A DNA stretch of 64,000 bases, from contig JACPIQ010000121.1 of assembly GCA_016188005.1 (NCBI GenBank), forward strand, positions 11,866-75,865, read 5' to 3'. The position numbers and the translations under genes were made by a program. Source of the stretch: Candidatus Rokuibacteriota bacterium (GTDB lineage: Bacteria > Methylomirabilota > Methylomirabilia > Rokubacteriales > CSP1-6). The notes beneath the pieces are model-generated. The model saw only the letters and a program-made list of their open reading frames with translations. It had not been told where the DNA came from and did no database searches. Positions 36,823-46,317 of the stretch are shown here, piece after piece (the first letter of the stretch is position 1; every line of letters begins with the position of its first letter).

Positions 36823-38247
36823 ATGACGCCATCCGATCTCTGCTGGACCCCGGCGACGGAACTGCGCTCCCTGATCCGCGCGCGGGCGCTGTCGCCGGTG
36901 GAGCTGATGCAGACGACGCTCGAGCGCATCGAGCGGCTCAACCCGCGGCTCAACGCCTTCTGCACGCTGGCCCCGGAGAAGGCGCTCGAGGCGGCGCACA
37001 GGGCGGAGCAGGCGGTGGCCCGCAGTGAGGCGCTGGGCCCGCTCCACGGCATCCCGGTCTCGGTCAAGGACCTGGCCCTGGCGGCCGGGATTCGCTTCAT
37101 GTCGGGGTCGGTCATCTTCGAGGGACGCGTGGCGGGTCAGGACGCGCCTTTCGTCCGGCGCCTCAGGGCGGCGGGGGCCATCGTCGTGGGCAAGACCGCG
37201 ACGCCAGAGTTCGGCTGGAAGGCGCTCGGCGACAGCCCGCTCACCGGGATCACGCGCAATCCGTGGAATACGGCGATGACGACCGGCGGCTCGAGCGCGG
37301 GGGCGGCGGCTGCAGCCGCGGCGGGCCTGGGCCCGCTCCACCATGGCTCGGACGGCGCGGGCTCCATCCGCATCCCGTCCGCCTTCTGCGGCATCTTCGG
37401 CTTCAAGCCCTCCTATGGTCGGGTGCCGCAGTGGCCGGTGTCCAACAACGACTACTCGACCCATCACGGCCCCATGACGCGCACGGTGGCCGATGCCGCG
37501 CTGATGCTCTCGGCCATGGCCGGGCCCGACGAGTGGGACCGCACCTCGCTGGACGGCGCGCCGGCAGACTACGTGGGCCGCCTGCGCGAGCCGGTCCGCG
37601 GCCTTCGCGTGGCGTGGAGTCCCACGCTGGGCGGGCTGCGCGTGGACGCCCAGGTCGCGGCCGTCGTGGCACGCGCCGTGCGGGCCTTCGAGGAACTGGG
37701 CTGCGCCGTGGAGGAAGTGGACTCGGGCTTCCCCGAGTCGGGCCCGCTCATCCGCGGCATCTGGTCGGCCCACGAGGCGGGCAACTACGGGCCGTACGTG
37801 GCCGAGTGGGGCCCGCGCATGGACCCGGGGCTCCTGGCCTGCATCGAGGACGGTCTGCGCCTCGGCCTCGTGGACTACGCCCGGCTCCGCGGCGAGAAGA
37901 TGGCCTACTGGGACGCGCTCCGCCCCCTCTTCGAGCGCTTCGACCTCCTGCTCACGCCAGCCGTGTCGGTGCCGGCCTTCGAGGTCAGCCGGCTCAACCC
38001 CGAGGGCTGGCCGCAGCACGCCTGGGACTGGTTCCCCTGGGCCTCGTTCAGCTATCCGTTCAACTTCACCGGCCAGCCGGCGGCGACGCTGCCCTGCGGC
38101 TTCACCGGGGGCGGGATGCCCGTCGGGCTACAGCTGGTCGGCCGCCGCTTCGCCGACCTCACGGTGCTCCAGGCCGCCGCGGCCTTCGAGGAGGCGCGTC
38201 CCTGGGGAGGGCGCCGGCCGCCCGTGGACGGGGTTGCGGCCGGCTGA
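36823..38247 (+). CDS. Amidase (amidase-signature family)
   Basis: GGSSAGAAAAAAAGLGPLHHGSDGAGSIRIPSAFCGIFGFKPSYGRV is the amidase-signature sequence with the Ser-cisSer-Lys triad. Confidence 0.85.
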   Translation: MTPSDLCWTPATELRSLIRARALSPVELMQTTLERIERLNPRLNAFCTLAPEKALEAAHRAEQAVARSEALGPLHGIPVSVKDLALAAGIRFMSGSVIFEGRVAGQDAPFVRRLRAAGAIVVGKTATPEFGWKALGDSPLTGITRNPWNTAMTTGGSSAGAAAAAAAGLGPLHHGSDGAGSIRIPSAFCGIFGFKPSYGRVPQWPVSNNDYSTHHGPMTRTVADAALMLSAMAGPDEWDRTSLDGAPADYVGRLREPVRGLRVAWSPTLGGLRVDAQVAAVVARAVRAFEELGCAVEEVDSGFPESGPLIRGIWSAHEAGNYGPYVAEWGPRMDPGLLACIEDGLRLGLVDYARLRGEKMAYWDALRPLFERFDLLLTPAVSVPAFEVSRLNPEGWPQHAWDWFPWASFSYPFNFTGQPAATLPCGFTGGGMPVGLQLVGRRFADLTVLQAAAAFEEARPWGGRRPPVDGVAAG

Positions 38248-38329
38248 TCGCGCGGCGCGGCAGCCTCCACTCTGAAGGGCGCCCGGTGGCCCGACCGGCG
38301 CCGGAAGACGTGCTCACCTGAACCTGGAG

Positions 38330-39157
38330 GTGGCGACGATGTCGGAGGGAGCGCATACGGCGGAGAGGCGGTACGTGACGCTGCGGCTGGAGCGGGACGG
38401 TGCGGTGGACTGGCTCACCCTCCACCGGCCCGAGCAGCTCAACGCCATGGACAACTGCATGTGCGACGAGCTGCAGGACTACTTCGCCGGCCTCCGCACG
38501 CGGCACGCCACGCGTGTCGTCGTCCTGCGCGGCGCCGGCCGCGCGTTCTGCGCGGGGTTCGACCTCAAGGCGCCGCAGGAGGTCTCGGCCGGGCCCGCGC
38601 CGGGGCTGCGGGCGCAGCGGCGGGTGACCGAGGTGATCCTCAGCATGAGGCGCTGCCCGCAGCCCATCATCTGCCTCGTCCACGGCGCGGCCGCGGGCGG
38701 TGGATTCGCCCTGGCGCTGGCCTCCGACATCCGTCTCGCCGCCCCCAGCGCCCGCATGAACGTGGGGATGGTGCTCCTGGGGCTCACGGGCTGCGATGCC
38801 GGGATCAGCTACTTCCTGCCCCGCGCGGTGGGGACCTCGGTGGCCGCCGAGCTGATGATGACGGGACGCTTCATCGGGGCCGAGCGGGCGCTGCGGGTCG
38901 GCCTCGTCTCCGACGTCGTCCCCGAAGAGGGGCTGGAGGCTGCGGGGGGTGCCCTGGCGGCGGAGATGCTGCGGACGGCTCCGCTCGGGCTCAGGCTCAC
39001 CAAGGAGGGGCTCGGCCTGGCGCTCGACGCCCCGAGCCTCGAGGCCGCCATCGCCATCGAGGACCGGGGGCAGATCCTCTGCGCCTCGGGGGGATATTTC
39101 CGGGAGGGGATCGCCGCCTTCCGTGAGGGGCGCGCCCCCTCGTACCCCGAGGAATGA
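38330..39157 (+). CDS. Enoyl-CoA hydratase/isomerase family protein
   Basis: Crotonase fold: RVVVLRGAGRAFCAGFDL...VHGAAAGGGFALALASD. Confidence 0.8.
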   Translation: MATMSEGAHTAERRYVTLRLERDGAVDWLTLHRPEQLNAMDNCMCDELQDYFAGLRTRHATRVVVLRGAGRAFCAGFDLKAPQEVSAGPAPGLRAQRRVTEVILSMRRCPQPIICLVHGAAAGGGFALALASDIRLAAPSARMNVGMVLLGLTGCDAGISYFLPRAVGTSVAAELMMTGRFIGAERALRVGLVSDVVPEEGLEAAGGALAAEMLRTAPLGLRLTKEGLGLALDAPSLEAAIAIEDRGQILCASGGYFREGIAAFREGRAPSYPEE

Positions 39158-39192
39158 CAGCGGTGCCGCCTGGCACAGAGAGGTCATGACCC

Positions 39193-39660
39193 ATGCCGAA
39201 GACCTATCGCGGGAGAACCTGGGACGAGCTGACCGTGGACCAGGAATTCTGGACCGGCGGCCGCACAGTGACGGAGGGGGACGTCCTCGGCTTCTCGGGC
39301 CTCACGGGGGACTTCAACCCGCTGCATACCGACGAGGAGTTCGCCCGCGCCGCGAGCCCCTTCGGCACCCGGGTGCCGCACGGACCGCTGGTCCACGACA
39401 TGTACCTCGGGCTGCTGGACCGCCTGGGCCTCGTGGAGGGGACGGCGCTGGCCTTCCTCGAGCTCCGGTGGAAGTTCCTGGCGCCGGTGCTGGTCGGTGA
39501 CTCCGTCCATGCCCGCGTGCGGATCCGGGAGAAGCGCGAGCTGAAGAAGCCGGACCGCGGCATCGTCACCTTCGCGATCACCCTCTTCAACCAGCGGTCG
39601 GAGCCCGTGCAGGAGGGCGAGCACACGCTCCTGATGCTCAGACGCCCCGGCGCCGCCTGA
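39193..39660 (+). CDS. MaoC-like (R)-specific enoyl-CoA hydratase/dehydratase (hot-dog fold)
   Basis: GDFNPLHTDEEFA is the MaoC signature. Confidence 0.8.
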   Translation: MPKTYRGRTWDELTVDQEFWTGGRTVTEGDVLGFSGLTGDFNPLHTDEEFARAASPFGTRVPHGPLVHDMYLGLLDRLGLVEGTALAFLELRWKFLAPVLVGDSVHARVRIREKRELKKPDRGIVTFAITLFNQRSEPVQEGEHTLLMLRRPGAA

Positions 39661-39756
39661 GCCCGCCGCTGATCCGCTCCTGAGGGCGCCGCGCGCCCGG
39701 CCTCCGCAGGCGGCGATGTCGGAATGCAAGACCTGACCCCCCGGTTGCCTCATCAA

Positions 39757-39811
39757 ATTGAGCCAAATGGTTGATTGATCGCTCCGACAACCCCGACTAC
39801 CGTGGCTCAAT
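39757..39811 (+). promoter_or_regulatory. Inverted repeat ATTGAGCCA-N37-TGGCTCAAT in an AT-rich intergenic region upstream of the MoaD-like/molybdoenzyme genes (candidate operator/promoter)
   Basis: Perfect 9-bp arms lie inside the only markedly AT-rich intergenic stretch of the window (39700-39834). Confidence 0.25.
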
Positions 39812-39834
39812 CTCGGTCACCTACTTACAAGAAT

Positions 39835-40149
39835 ATGAGTACCCGGGTCGTCTTCATGGGAGTGATCGCGACCGTGACGGGACGGAAGGAACTGGTCCTG
39901 GAGACCCGGCCCGGCGCGACACTACGCCAGGTGCTGGATGACCTCGAGTCGCGGTTCGGCCCGGACTTCGGCCGCCGCGTGTTTCGCTCGCAGACCCCGC
40001 CCCGTCCCCTCCAGATGCACACGCGGATCTTCGTGGACAGCGCGCTGCAAGCCGACGAGAGCCTGGACCGGCCGCTGCCGACAGGCGGCGACGGACAGGG
40101 ATCGCCGGAGGTCCTCATCTATCTCATGCCGGCGGCGAGCGGCGGGTAG
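39835..40149 (+). CDS. MoaD/ThiS-like beta-grasp small protein with C-terminal Gly-Gly
   Basis: 104 aa ending ...YLMPAASGG*. VFMGVIATVTGRKELVLE...ATLRQVLDDLES has a MoaD-like layout. Confidence 0.55.
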   Translation: MSTRVVFMGVIATVTGRKELVLETRPGATLRQVLDDLESRFGPDFGRRVFRSQTPPRPLQMHTRIFVDSALQADESLDRPLPTGGDGQGSPEVLIYLMPAASGG

Positions 40150-40176
40150 CAGGGGAAGCCGACGAGAGGAGAAGCC

Positions 40177-42777
40177 ATGAACGCATCGAAGAGCGCGGGC
40201 CAGGGGGCGACGAACGGCCCCGCGGCGCAGGAAGACCGCTGGATCCCCTCGGCGTGCACCATCTGCTACGGCGGGTGCTCCATCCTCGCCCACCGCGTGA
40301 ACGGCACCATCGTGAAGATCGAGGGGAACCCCGCGAGCCCGGTGGGCAAGGGACGCATCTGCGCCAAGGGATTGTCGGGGATCATGATCCTCTACGATCC
40401 GAACCGGGTGAACACCCCGCTGCGCCGCACGAATCCGAAGAAGGGCATCGGTGTGGACCCGGGCTGGAAGCCCATCTCCTGGGAGGAGGCGCTGGAGGAG
40501 ATCACGGTCCGCATGGAGAAGATCCGTGCCGAGGACCCCCGCCAGCTGATGATCCAGGTGACGACGACGCTGGCGCCGTCCTCGCTCCTCTTCTTCACCT
40601 TCGGCTGGGCCTTCGGGACGCCCAACATGTGGGTTGCGGGCGGCGGGATCCACTGCGGCAACGGGGCCCATGCCGTGGGCGGCATCATGCACGCCTCCTG
40701 GTCGCTGGTGCCGGACTTCGAGCACTGTAACTACGCGCTCTACTTCGGCGCCTCCAAGGGGCACGGGGCCGGGCACGCCTCCACGCCCAACATGGAGCTG
40801 GCCGCCGATGCCCGCGCGCGGGGCATGCGCATGGTGGTGGTGGACCCCATGTGCAACTTCGCCGCGGCCAAGGCCAGCGAGTGGGTGCCGATCCGCGTCG
40901 GGACGGACGCGGCGCTGGCTCTCGCCATGGTCAATGTGCTCCTGAACGACCTGGGGATCTACGATGCGGAGTATCTCAGGCGGCACACCAACGGCCCGTA
41001 CCTCGTCAGGCCCGACGGCCGCCACGCCCGGGATGCCGCCTCGGGCAAGCCGCTCGTCTGGGACGTCGCGACGGGGACGGCCCGGCCCCACGACGACAAG
41101 TCGGTCGGCGAGGCTGCCCTCCTCGGCGAGTACGAGGTGAGTGGCGAGAGGTGCCGGCCGGCCTTCGCGCTCCTCAAGGAGCACGTCAAGCAGTTCACGC
41201 CGGAGTGGCAGGAGAGGCTCACCAGCGTGCCCGCGGCGCAGGCCCGGCGCCTGGCCCGGGAGTTCGGCGAGGCCGCGCGCGTGGGCAGCACCATCGTCCT
41301 GGACGGCGTGCGGCTGCCCTACCGGCCGGCCGCCGCCATCTACTTCCGCGGCGCCCAGGGGCACAAGAACTCCTCGCACATCTGCTTCGCGGTGGATCTC
41401 CTGAACCAGATCGTCGGGGCCGCCGACGTGGTGGGCGGGGCGCTGGGCTTCAACCCGGTCTGCCACGGCCACCCGGACACGGGCCGGCCGCGCTACGTCC
41501 CGCGCGCGGAGAGGGACGGGCTCATGACGCCGGGGACGTGGATGCTGCCACACCTGCCGTACCCGCCCGCCGAGCCCCGGCACCCCGACTCCATGGGCTT
41601 CATCGAGACCTACCCGCTCTCCCACGTCTCGCCGCTCATGGCCTCCGCCGACCAGGCCAAGTGGTGGGAGCGCTTCGAGCTGCCCTACCGGCCGAAGATG
41701 ATGATCAACTACGGCGCCAACTCGCTCATGAGCGTCGGCAACAAGGACACGGTGGCCGAGACGCTCGCCCGGTTCGACTTCATCGTCTCCTTCGATCTTT
41801 TCCTGAACGAGTTCTCCGACTTCGCCGACATCATCCTGCCCGACGGCTCCTATCTCGAGGTGCTCGACCCGCGGCCCAACTTCCCGTTCATCTTCAATCA
41901 CCCGGCGGGCCGGGGGCAGTGGGGGTGGCCCATCCGCCAGCCGGTGGCGCCCCTCACCCACGAGCGCAGGAGCGCGCGCGAGGTGCTGCTGGGCCTCGGC
42001 TACCGCATGGGGCTCGGGCCCGAGCTGAACATGGCGCTCAACGTCTTCTACGGACTCGACGGCCCGCAGATGCTCGACCCGACGAGGACCTACACCTTCG
42101 AGGAGATCACGGACCGCGAGCTCCAGCACAAGTTCGGCCCCCAGCACGGCCTCGAGTGGTTCAAGGAGCACGGGGTCATCACCTGGCCGAAGAAGGTCGA
42201 GGAGGTGTACTGGCGCCCCTTCGTGGACGTGCGCGTGCCGATCTACTGGGAATTCATGCTGGACCTCGGAGAGAAGATCCGCGCGGTGACGGAGCCCCGG
42301 GGCATGCGTTTCGACCGCGCCTACTATAGCCCTCTCCCGCAGTGGATCGCCTGCCCCTCCCACGAGGTCGAGGACCCGGCCTACGACCTCTACGCCTTCT
42401 ACTACCGGGATGTCCTCCACACCAACGGCTTCACCATGGAGAACCCGTGGCTGGACGAAGCCTCGCGCATGGACCCGTACTCCTACACCATCGCGCTCAA
42501 CACCCAGACGGCGCGCGCCCGCGGGATCAAGGACGGCGACACGATCTGGGTGGAGTCGGCGGCAGGCCGCCGCGTCGCGGGCAAGGTCCGGCTCACCGAG
42601 GGCATCCACCCCGAGGGCGTGGGCATCGCTGCCTGCGCCGGTCACTGGACCAGGCATCAGCCCATCGCTCAGGGCAAGGGGGTGTTCTTCAACGAGCTGC
42701 TGGAGGTGGACTTCGAGCACACGAGCCCGGTGAACCTGAACCTGGACCTCTGCGCCAAGGTGAGGGTGGGCCGATGA
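40177..42777 (+). CDS. Molybdopterin oxidoreductase catalytic subunit (CISM, PsrA/TtrA/ArrA-like), no Tat signal
   Basis: N-terminal C-x2-C-x3-C-x~27-C [4Fe-4S] motif (CTICYGGCSILAH...GRICAKG). Molybdopterin-binding domains span 866 aa. The N-terminus lacks an RRxFLK motif. Confidence 0.8.
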   Translation: MNASKSAGQGATNGPAAQEDRWIPSACTICYGGCSILAHRVNGTIVKIEGNPASPVGKGRICAKGLSGIMILYDPNRVNTPLRRTNPKKGIGVDPGWKPISWEEALEEITVRMEKIRAEDPRQLMIQVTTTLAPSSLLFFTFGWAFGTPNMWVAGGGIHCGNGAHAVGGIMHASWSLVPDFEHCNYALYFGASKGHGAGHASTPNMELAADARARGMRMVVVDPMCNFAAAKASEWVPIRVGTDAALALAMVNVLLNDLGIYDAEYLRRHTNGPYLVRPDGRHARDAASGKPLVWDVATGTARPHDDKSVGEAALLGEYEVSGERCRPAFALLKEHVKQFTPEWQERLTSVPAAQARRLAREFGEAARVGSTIVLDGVRLPYRPAAAIYFRGAQGHKNSSHICFAVDLLNQIVGAADVVGGALGFNPVCHGHPDTGRPRYVPRAERDGLMTPGTWMLPHLPYPPAEPRHPDSMGFIETYPLSHVSPLMASADQAKWWERFELPYRPKMMINYGANSLMSVGNKDTVAETLARFDFIVSFDLFLNEFSDFADIILPDGSYLEVLDPRPNFPFIFNHPAGRGQWGWPIRQPVAPLTHERRSAREVLLGLGYRMGLGPELNMALNVFYGLDGPQMLDPTRTYTFEEITDRELQHKFGPQHGLEWFKEHGVITWPKKVEEVYWRPFVDVRVPIYWEFMLDLGEKIRAVTEPRGMRFDRAYYSPLPQWIACPSHEVEDPAYDLYAFYYRDVLHTNGFTMENPWLDEASRMDPYSYTIALNTQTARARGIKDGDTIWVESAAGRRVAGKVRLTEGIHPEGVGIAACAGHWTRHQPIAQGKGVFFNELLEVDFEHTSPVNLNLDLCAKVRVGR

Positions 42778-43379
42778 GATACGGGATGGTGATCGACCTC
42801 AAGCGCTGCTTCGGCTGCTACGGGTGCCAGCTGTCCTGCAAGGCCGAGCACGCGACCCCCCCCGGCGTCTTCTTCGCCCGGGTGGTCAAGCGCGAGTCGG
42901 GCACGTACCCGAACGTGAGGAAGGTCTTCCTGCCCCTGCTCTGCATGCACTGCGAGACCCCGCCCTGCGAGGCGGTGTGCCCCACGGGGGCCACCTCCAA
43001 GCGGCCCGACGGCATCGTGGACATCGACCGCGAGGTCTGCGTGGGCTGTCGCTACTGCATGCAAGCCTGCCCCTACGAGGCGCGCTACTTCCACGCGAAG
43101 ACACGCTACTACTTCGGCGCCCAGGGGCCCACCGAGTACGAGGCCGTGGGCTACGCCAAGCACCCCACGGGCGTGGTGATGAAGTGCAACTTCTGTGCGC
43201 ACCGGCTCGCGCGCGGGGAAGAGCCGTCCTGCGTGCTCACGTGCCCCACCCACGCACGCACCTTCGGCGACCTCGACGACCCGCAGAGTGCCGTGAGCCG
43301 GCTCATCAAGGAGCGGGGCGGCGAGCCGCTCCACCCGGAGCTTGGCACCGGGCCCTCGGTCTACTACCTGCCCGCCTGA
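42774..43379 (+). CDS. 4Fe-4S ferredoxin-type iron-sulfur subunit (PsrB/DmsB-like)
   Basis: Four Cys clusters (CFGCYGCQLSC, CMHCETPPC, CVGCRYCMQAC, CNFCAHR). ATGA overlap with the alpha subunit. Confidence 0.8.
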   Translation: MRYGMVIDLKRCFGCYGCQLSCKAEHATPPGVFFARVVKRESGTYPNVRKVFLPLLCMHCETPPCEAVCPTGATSKRPDGIVDIDREVCVGCRYCMQACPYEARYFHAKTRYYFGAQGPTEYEAVGYAKHPTGVVMKCNFCAHRLARGEEPSCVLTCPTHARTFGDLDDPQSAVSRLIKERGGEPLHPELGTGPSVYYLPA

Positions 43380-43394
43380 CCGCCGGAGGCCGCC

Positions 43395-44294
43395 ATGAGC
43401 GTGTTCACGGATCCCTTCGATCGGCTGATGGACGATCTCCAGGAAACCGCCCGCCCCCAGCGCGAGTGGGTGGACGGGCGGGGGCTCCTGCTCATCGCGG
43501 GGCACTTCCTCTCCGGCGTGGGCGCGGGCGGCTGGGCCTTCTCGAGCGCGCTGGGCTTCCTGCCGGGGGAGATCACGAGCCTCATCGTGGTCGGGCTCGG
43601 CGGGCTCGCGCATCTGCTCTTCCTCGGCCGCCCCGAGCGCTTCTGGCGCATGGTCAGGGTCCGGTCCTCGTGGGTGGGGCGCGGCTTCGTGGGGCTGAAC
43701 ATCCTGATGGCGGCCGGGGTGGTGTCCCTCGCCCTGCGCGCTACGGGTCTCGGCGGCGGCGGGTGGGCCAGCGCGGTCTGGGGGCTGTCGCTGGTGGGCG
43801 CGGGCATCGTCATGCTCTACAAGGGCAATGTCTATGCCGTCTGCCGCGCGATCCCGTTCTGGAACTCCTCGCTGCTGCCCGTCCTCTACGTGGCCTATGC
43901 GCTCCGCGGGGGAACGGCGCTCCTGCTGCTCTTCCTGCCCTGGACGCCGCTCAGCGCCGACCACGGGCTCATCGAGGTGCTGGAGCTGTGGATCGGGCTC
44001 TCGGCGGGCGTCTGCATCCTCTTCTACCTGACGATCATGGCGAACTCCTCGGTGGGGGCGCGGCGCTCGGTGGAGGACCTCCTCCGGGGCCGCGTGGCGG
44101 CGGCGTTCTACGGGGGCGTGGTGGCCGTGGGCTTCGTGATCCCGGTGGCCATCGGTCTGCTCAACGCGGTGACCCCCGTGTCCATGGGCGTCCTGGCCCT
44201 GGTGGGGCTCGCCTCGCTGGTGGGTGACTTCTACGTGAAGTACGCCATCGCCAAGGCCGGCCGCTACCTGCCGCATGTCTACCAGGCCCGGTGA
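43395..44294 (+). CDS. NrfD/PsrC-like integral membrane anchor subunit
   Basis: 299-aa polytopic membrane protein immediately after the alpha and beta subunits. Confidence 0.6.
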   Translation: MSVFTDPFDRLMDDLQETARPQREWVDGRGLLLIAGHFLSGVGAGGWAFSSALGFLPGEITSLIVVGLGGLAHLLFLGRPERFWRMVRVRSSWVGRGFVGLNILMAAGVVSLALRATGLGGGGWASAVWGLSLVGAGIVMLYKGNVYAVCRAIPFWNSSLLPVLYVAYALRGGTALLLLFLPWTPLSADHGLIEVLELWIGLSAGVCILFYLTIMANSSVGARRSVEDLLRGRVAAAFYGGVVAVGFVIPVAIGLLNAVTPVSMGVLALVGLASLVGDFYVKYAIAKAGRYLPHVYQAR

Positions 44295-44304
44295 CGGCCA
44301 GCGC

Positions 44305-44874
44305 ATGAAAGAGATCCGCTTCCACGGACGGGGTGGGCAGGGCGCCGCGACGGCGGCGGAGATCCTGGCCGCCGCACTGGTCCGCGACGGCCGATACGCC
44401 GCCGCGTTCCCGATGTTCGGGTTCGAGCGACGCGGCGCTCCGGTGACGGCCTTCCTCCGCTTCGACTCGGCGCCCATCCGCGAGCGCACCCAGGTCTATG
44501 CCCCGGACTGCCTCATCGTGCTGGACCCCGGTCTCGCGCGCGGCGGAGCGATCTTCGAAGGGCTGAGGCCGGGGGGCACGCTGCTGGTGAACGGGACCAT
44601 GCTGCCGCCGTTGCCGTCGGAAATCGAGGTCGGCCTGGCCGGCACCGTCCGCGCCGGGGCCATCGCCCAGGAGGAGCTGGGGCGTCCCGCGGCCAACACG
44701 GCCATGCTCGGGGCCCTGGCGCGGCTCACGGGCTGGGTGTCGCGCGAGAGCCTGCTCGGCGTCCTGCCGGACTACGTGGACGGGGAGGCGCTCCCGGGGA
44801 ACCGCCGCGCCGTGGAGCGCGGGTATGCGGAGCTGCGGGTGGCGGCCGGGGAGACGACGCATGCGCTTCCGTAG
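44305..44874 (+). CDS. porG: 2-oxoacid:ferredoxin oxidoreductase gamma subunit
   Basis: MKEIRFHGRGGQGAATAAEILA is the canonical POR/KOR gamma N-terminus. Confidence 0.8.
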   Translation: MKEIRFHGRGGQGAATAAEILAAALVRDGRYAAAFPMFGFERRGAPVTAFLRFDSAPIRERTQVYAPDCLIVLDPGLARGGAIFEGLRPGGTLLVNGTMLPPLPSEIEVGLAGTVRAGAIAQEELGRPAANTAMLGALARLTGWVSRESLLGVLPDYVDGEALPGNRRAVERGYAELRVAAGETTHALP

Positions 44875-45130
44875 CCCGTTCGAGGGCGCCTGGGCCGATC
44901 CAGAGACGATACACACGATCCGCACCGGCGACTGGCGGCGGGAGCGGCCCCTGACGCGCGAGGGGCGCTGCTCGCACTGCGGGCTCTGCTTCCTCTTCTG
45001 CCCCACGGGCTGTGTGCGCGACCGCGGGCGCCACTTCTCGGCTGACCTCGACTTCTGCAAGGGATGCGGCGTCTGCGCGCGCGTCTGCCCCGGGTCGGCC
45101 ATCGTCATGGTGGAGGAGGCCGGGGCATGA
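44861..45130 (+). CDS. porD: 2-oxoacid:ferredoxin oxidoreductase delta subunit (2x[4Fe-4S] ferredoxin)
   Basis: CSHCGLCFLFCP and CKGCGVCARVCP cluster motifs. Confidence 0.75.
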   Translation: MRFRSPFEGAWADPETIHTIRTGDWRRERPLTREGRCSHCGLCFLFCPTGCVRDRGRHFSADLDFCKGCGVCARVCPGSAIVMVEEAGA

Positions 45131-46314
45131 CGACGACAGCGCTGCGCGTGATGGACGGCAACAAGGCGGCGGCGGTCGGCGTCATCCTCTGCCGACCCGA
45201 CCTCGTCGCCTCCTACCCGATCTCGCCGCAGACCCCGCTGCTCGAGGCCCTCTACCGCGCCCGGGCCGAGGGGCGCCTCGAGGCCGACACCGTGGAGGTC
45301 GAGGGAGAGAACTCCGCGCTCTCCGCGGCCATCGGCGCCGCGGCCGCGGGCGGGCGCGCCTTCACGGCGACCTCGTCCATGGGCCTCATGTTCATGTACG
45401 ACGCCTACCTCTTCGCCTCCGGCCAGCGGGTGCCCGTGGTGATGACCGTGGCGACGCGCGAGCAGTCGGCGCCCCACACGGTGTCCAGCGGGCAGCAGGA
45501 CATCATGATGGTGAAGGACGGGGGCTGGGTGCAGCTCATCGCCGAGTCCTGCCAGGAGATCCTCGACTCCATCCTCGTGGCCTATCGCCTCGCCGAGGAC
45601 CCGCGCGTGCAGCTGCCGGTCAATGTCTCCTACGACGGCTATTACCTCTCGCATCTCTCGGAGCCCGTAGCCGTGCCCGAGCAGGGGGCGGTGGACCGCT
45701 TCCTCGCTCCCGTTGGAGGGGGCAAGCGCCCGGTCCTCTCCGCGGCGGCCCCGCTCACCTTCGGGGCCTTCATCGTGGGCGACCTCTACGCCGGGTACCG
45801 CTACAAGCACTGCCAGGCCATGCAGGCGGCGCTGGACCTCGCCGACGGGCTCGACGGCGAGTTCCTGGCGGCCTTCGGCCGCGAGTACGGCGGCAGCCTC
45901 GAGGCCTACCGCGTGGAGGATGCCGAGATCCTCATGGTCGCCATGGGCAGCCACTCGGGCACGCTCAAGGTGGCCGTGGACAGGCTGCGTGACGAGGGTG
46001 TGGCCGTGGGGCTGGCGCGCGTGCGCATGTTCCGGCCCTTCCCCCGCGCGCGCCTCGCCGCCCTGCTGCGCGGCCGGAGGGCCGTGGGCGTGGTGGACCG
46101 CTCGGTCTCCTTCGGCTGGAACGCCGGCCATCTCTTCGTGGACGTCAAGGCGGCGGCGGCCGACCTGGAGGCGCGGGTCCCCATGGTCAACTTCATCGGC
46201 GGGCTCGCCGGCACCGATCTCAGGCGCGAGATGCTCGAGGCGGCGGTCAGGACGACGCTGGCCCGGGGCCGGGGCGAGCCGGGCCCCGAAGTGGTCTGGC
46301 TCAACCTCGAGTAG
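45127..46314 (+). CDS. porA: 2-oxoacid:ferredoxin oxidoreductase alpha subunit
   Basis: MDGNKAAAVGVILCRPDLVASYPISPQT is the POR alpha N-terminus. Confidence 0.8.
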   Translation: MTTTALRVMDGNKAAAVGVILCRPDLVASYPISPQTPLLEALYRARAEGRLEADTVEVEGENSALSAAIGAAAAGGRAFTATSSMGLMFMYDAYLFASGQRVPVVMTVATREQSAPHTVSSGQQDIMMVKDGGWVQLIAESCQEILDSILVAYRLAEDPRVQLPVNVSYDGYYLSHLSEPVAVPEQGAVDRFLAPVGGGKRPVLSAAAPLTFGAFIVGDLYAGYRYKHCQAMQAALDLADGLDGEFLAAFGREYGGSLEAYRVEDAEILMVAMGSHSGTLKVAVDRLRDEGVAVGLARVRMFRPFPRARLAALLRGRRAVGVVDRSVSFGWNAGHLFVDVKAAAADLEARVPMVNFIGGLAGTDLRREMLEAAVRTTLARGRGEPGPEVVWLNLE

Positions 46315-46317
46315 CCC

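Noticed and set aside
40177-40260. Looked for a twin-arginine signal on the molybdoenzyme alpha subunit
   Set aside because: No RRxF[LI]K motif before the first Cys cluster, and no upstream in-frame start. Treated as Tat-less.
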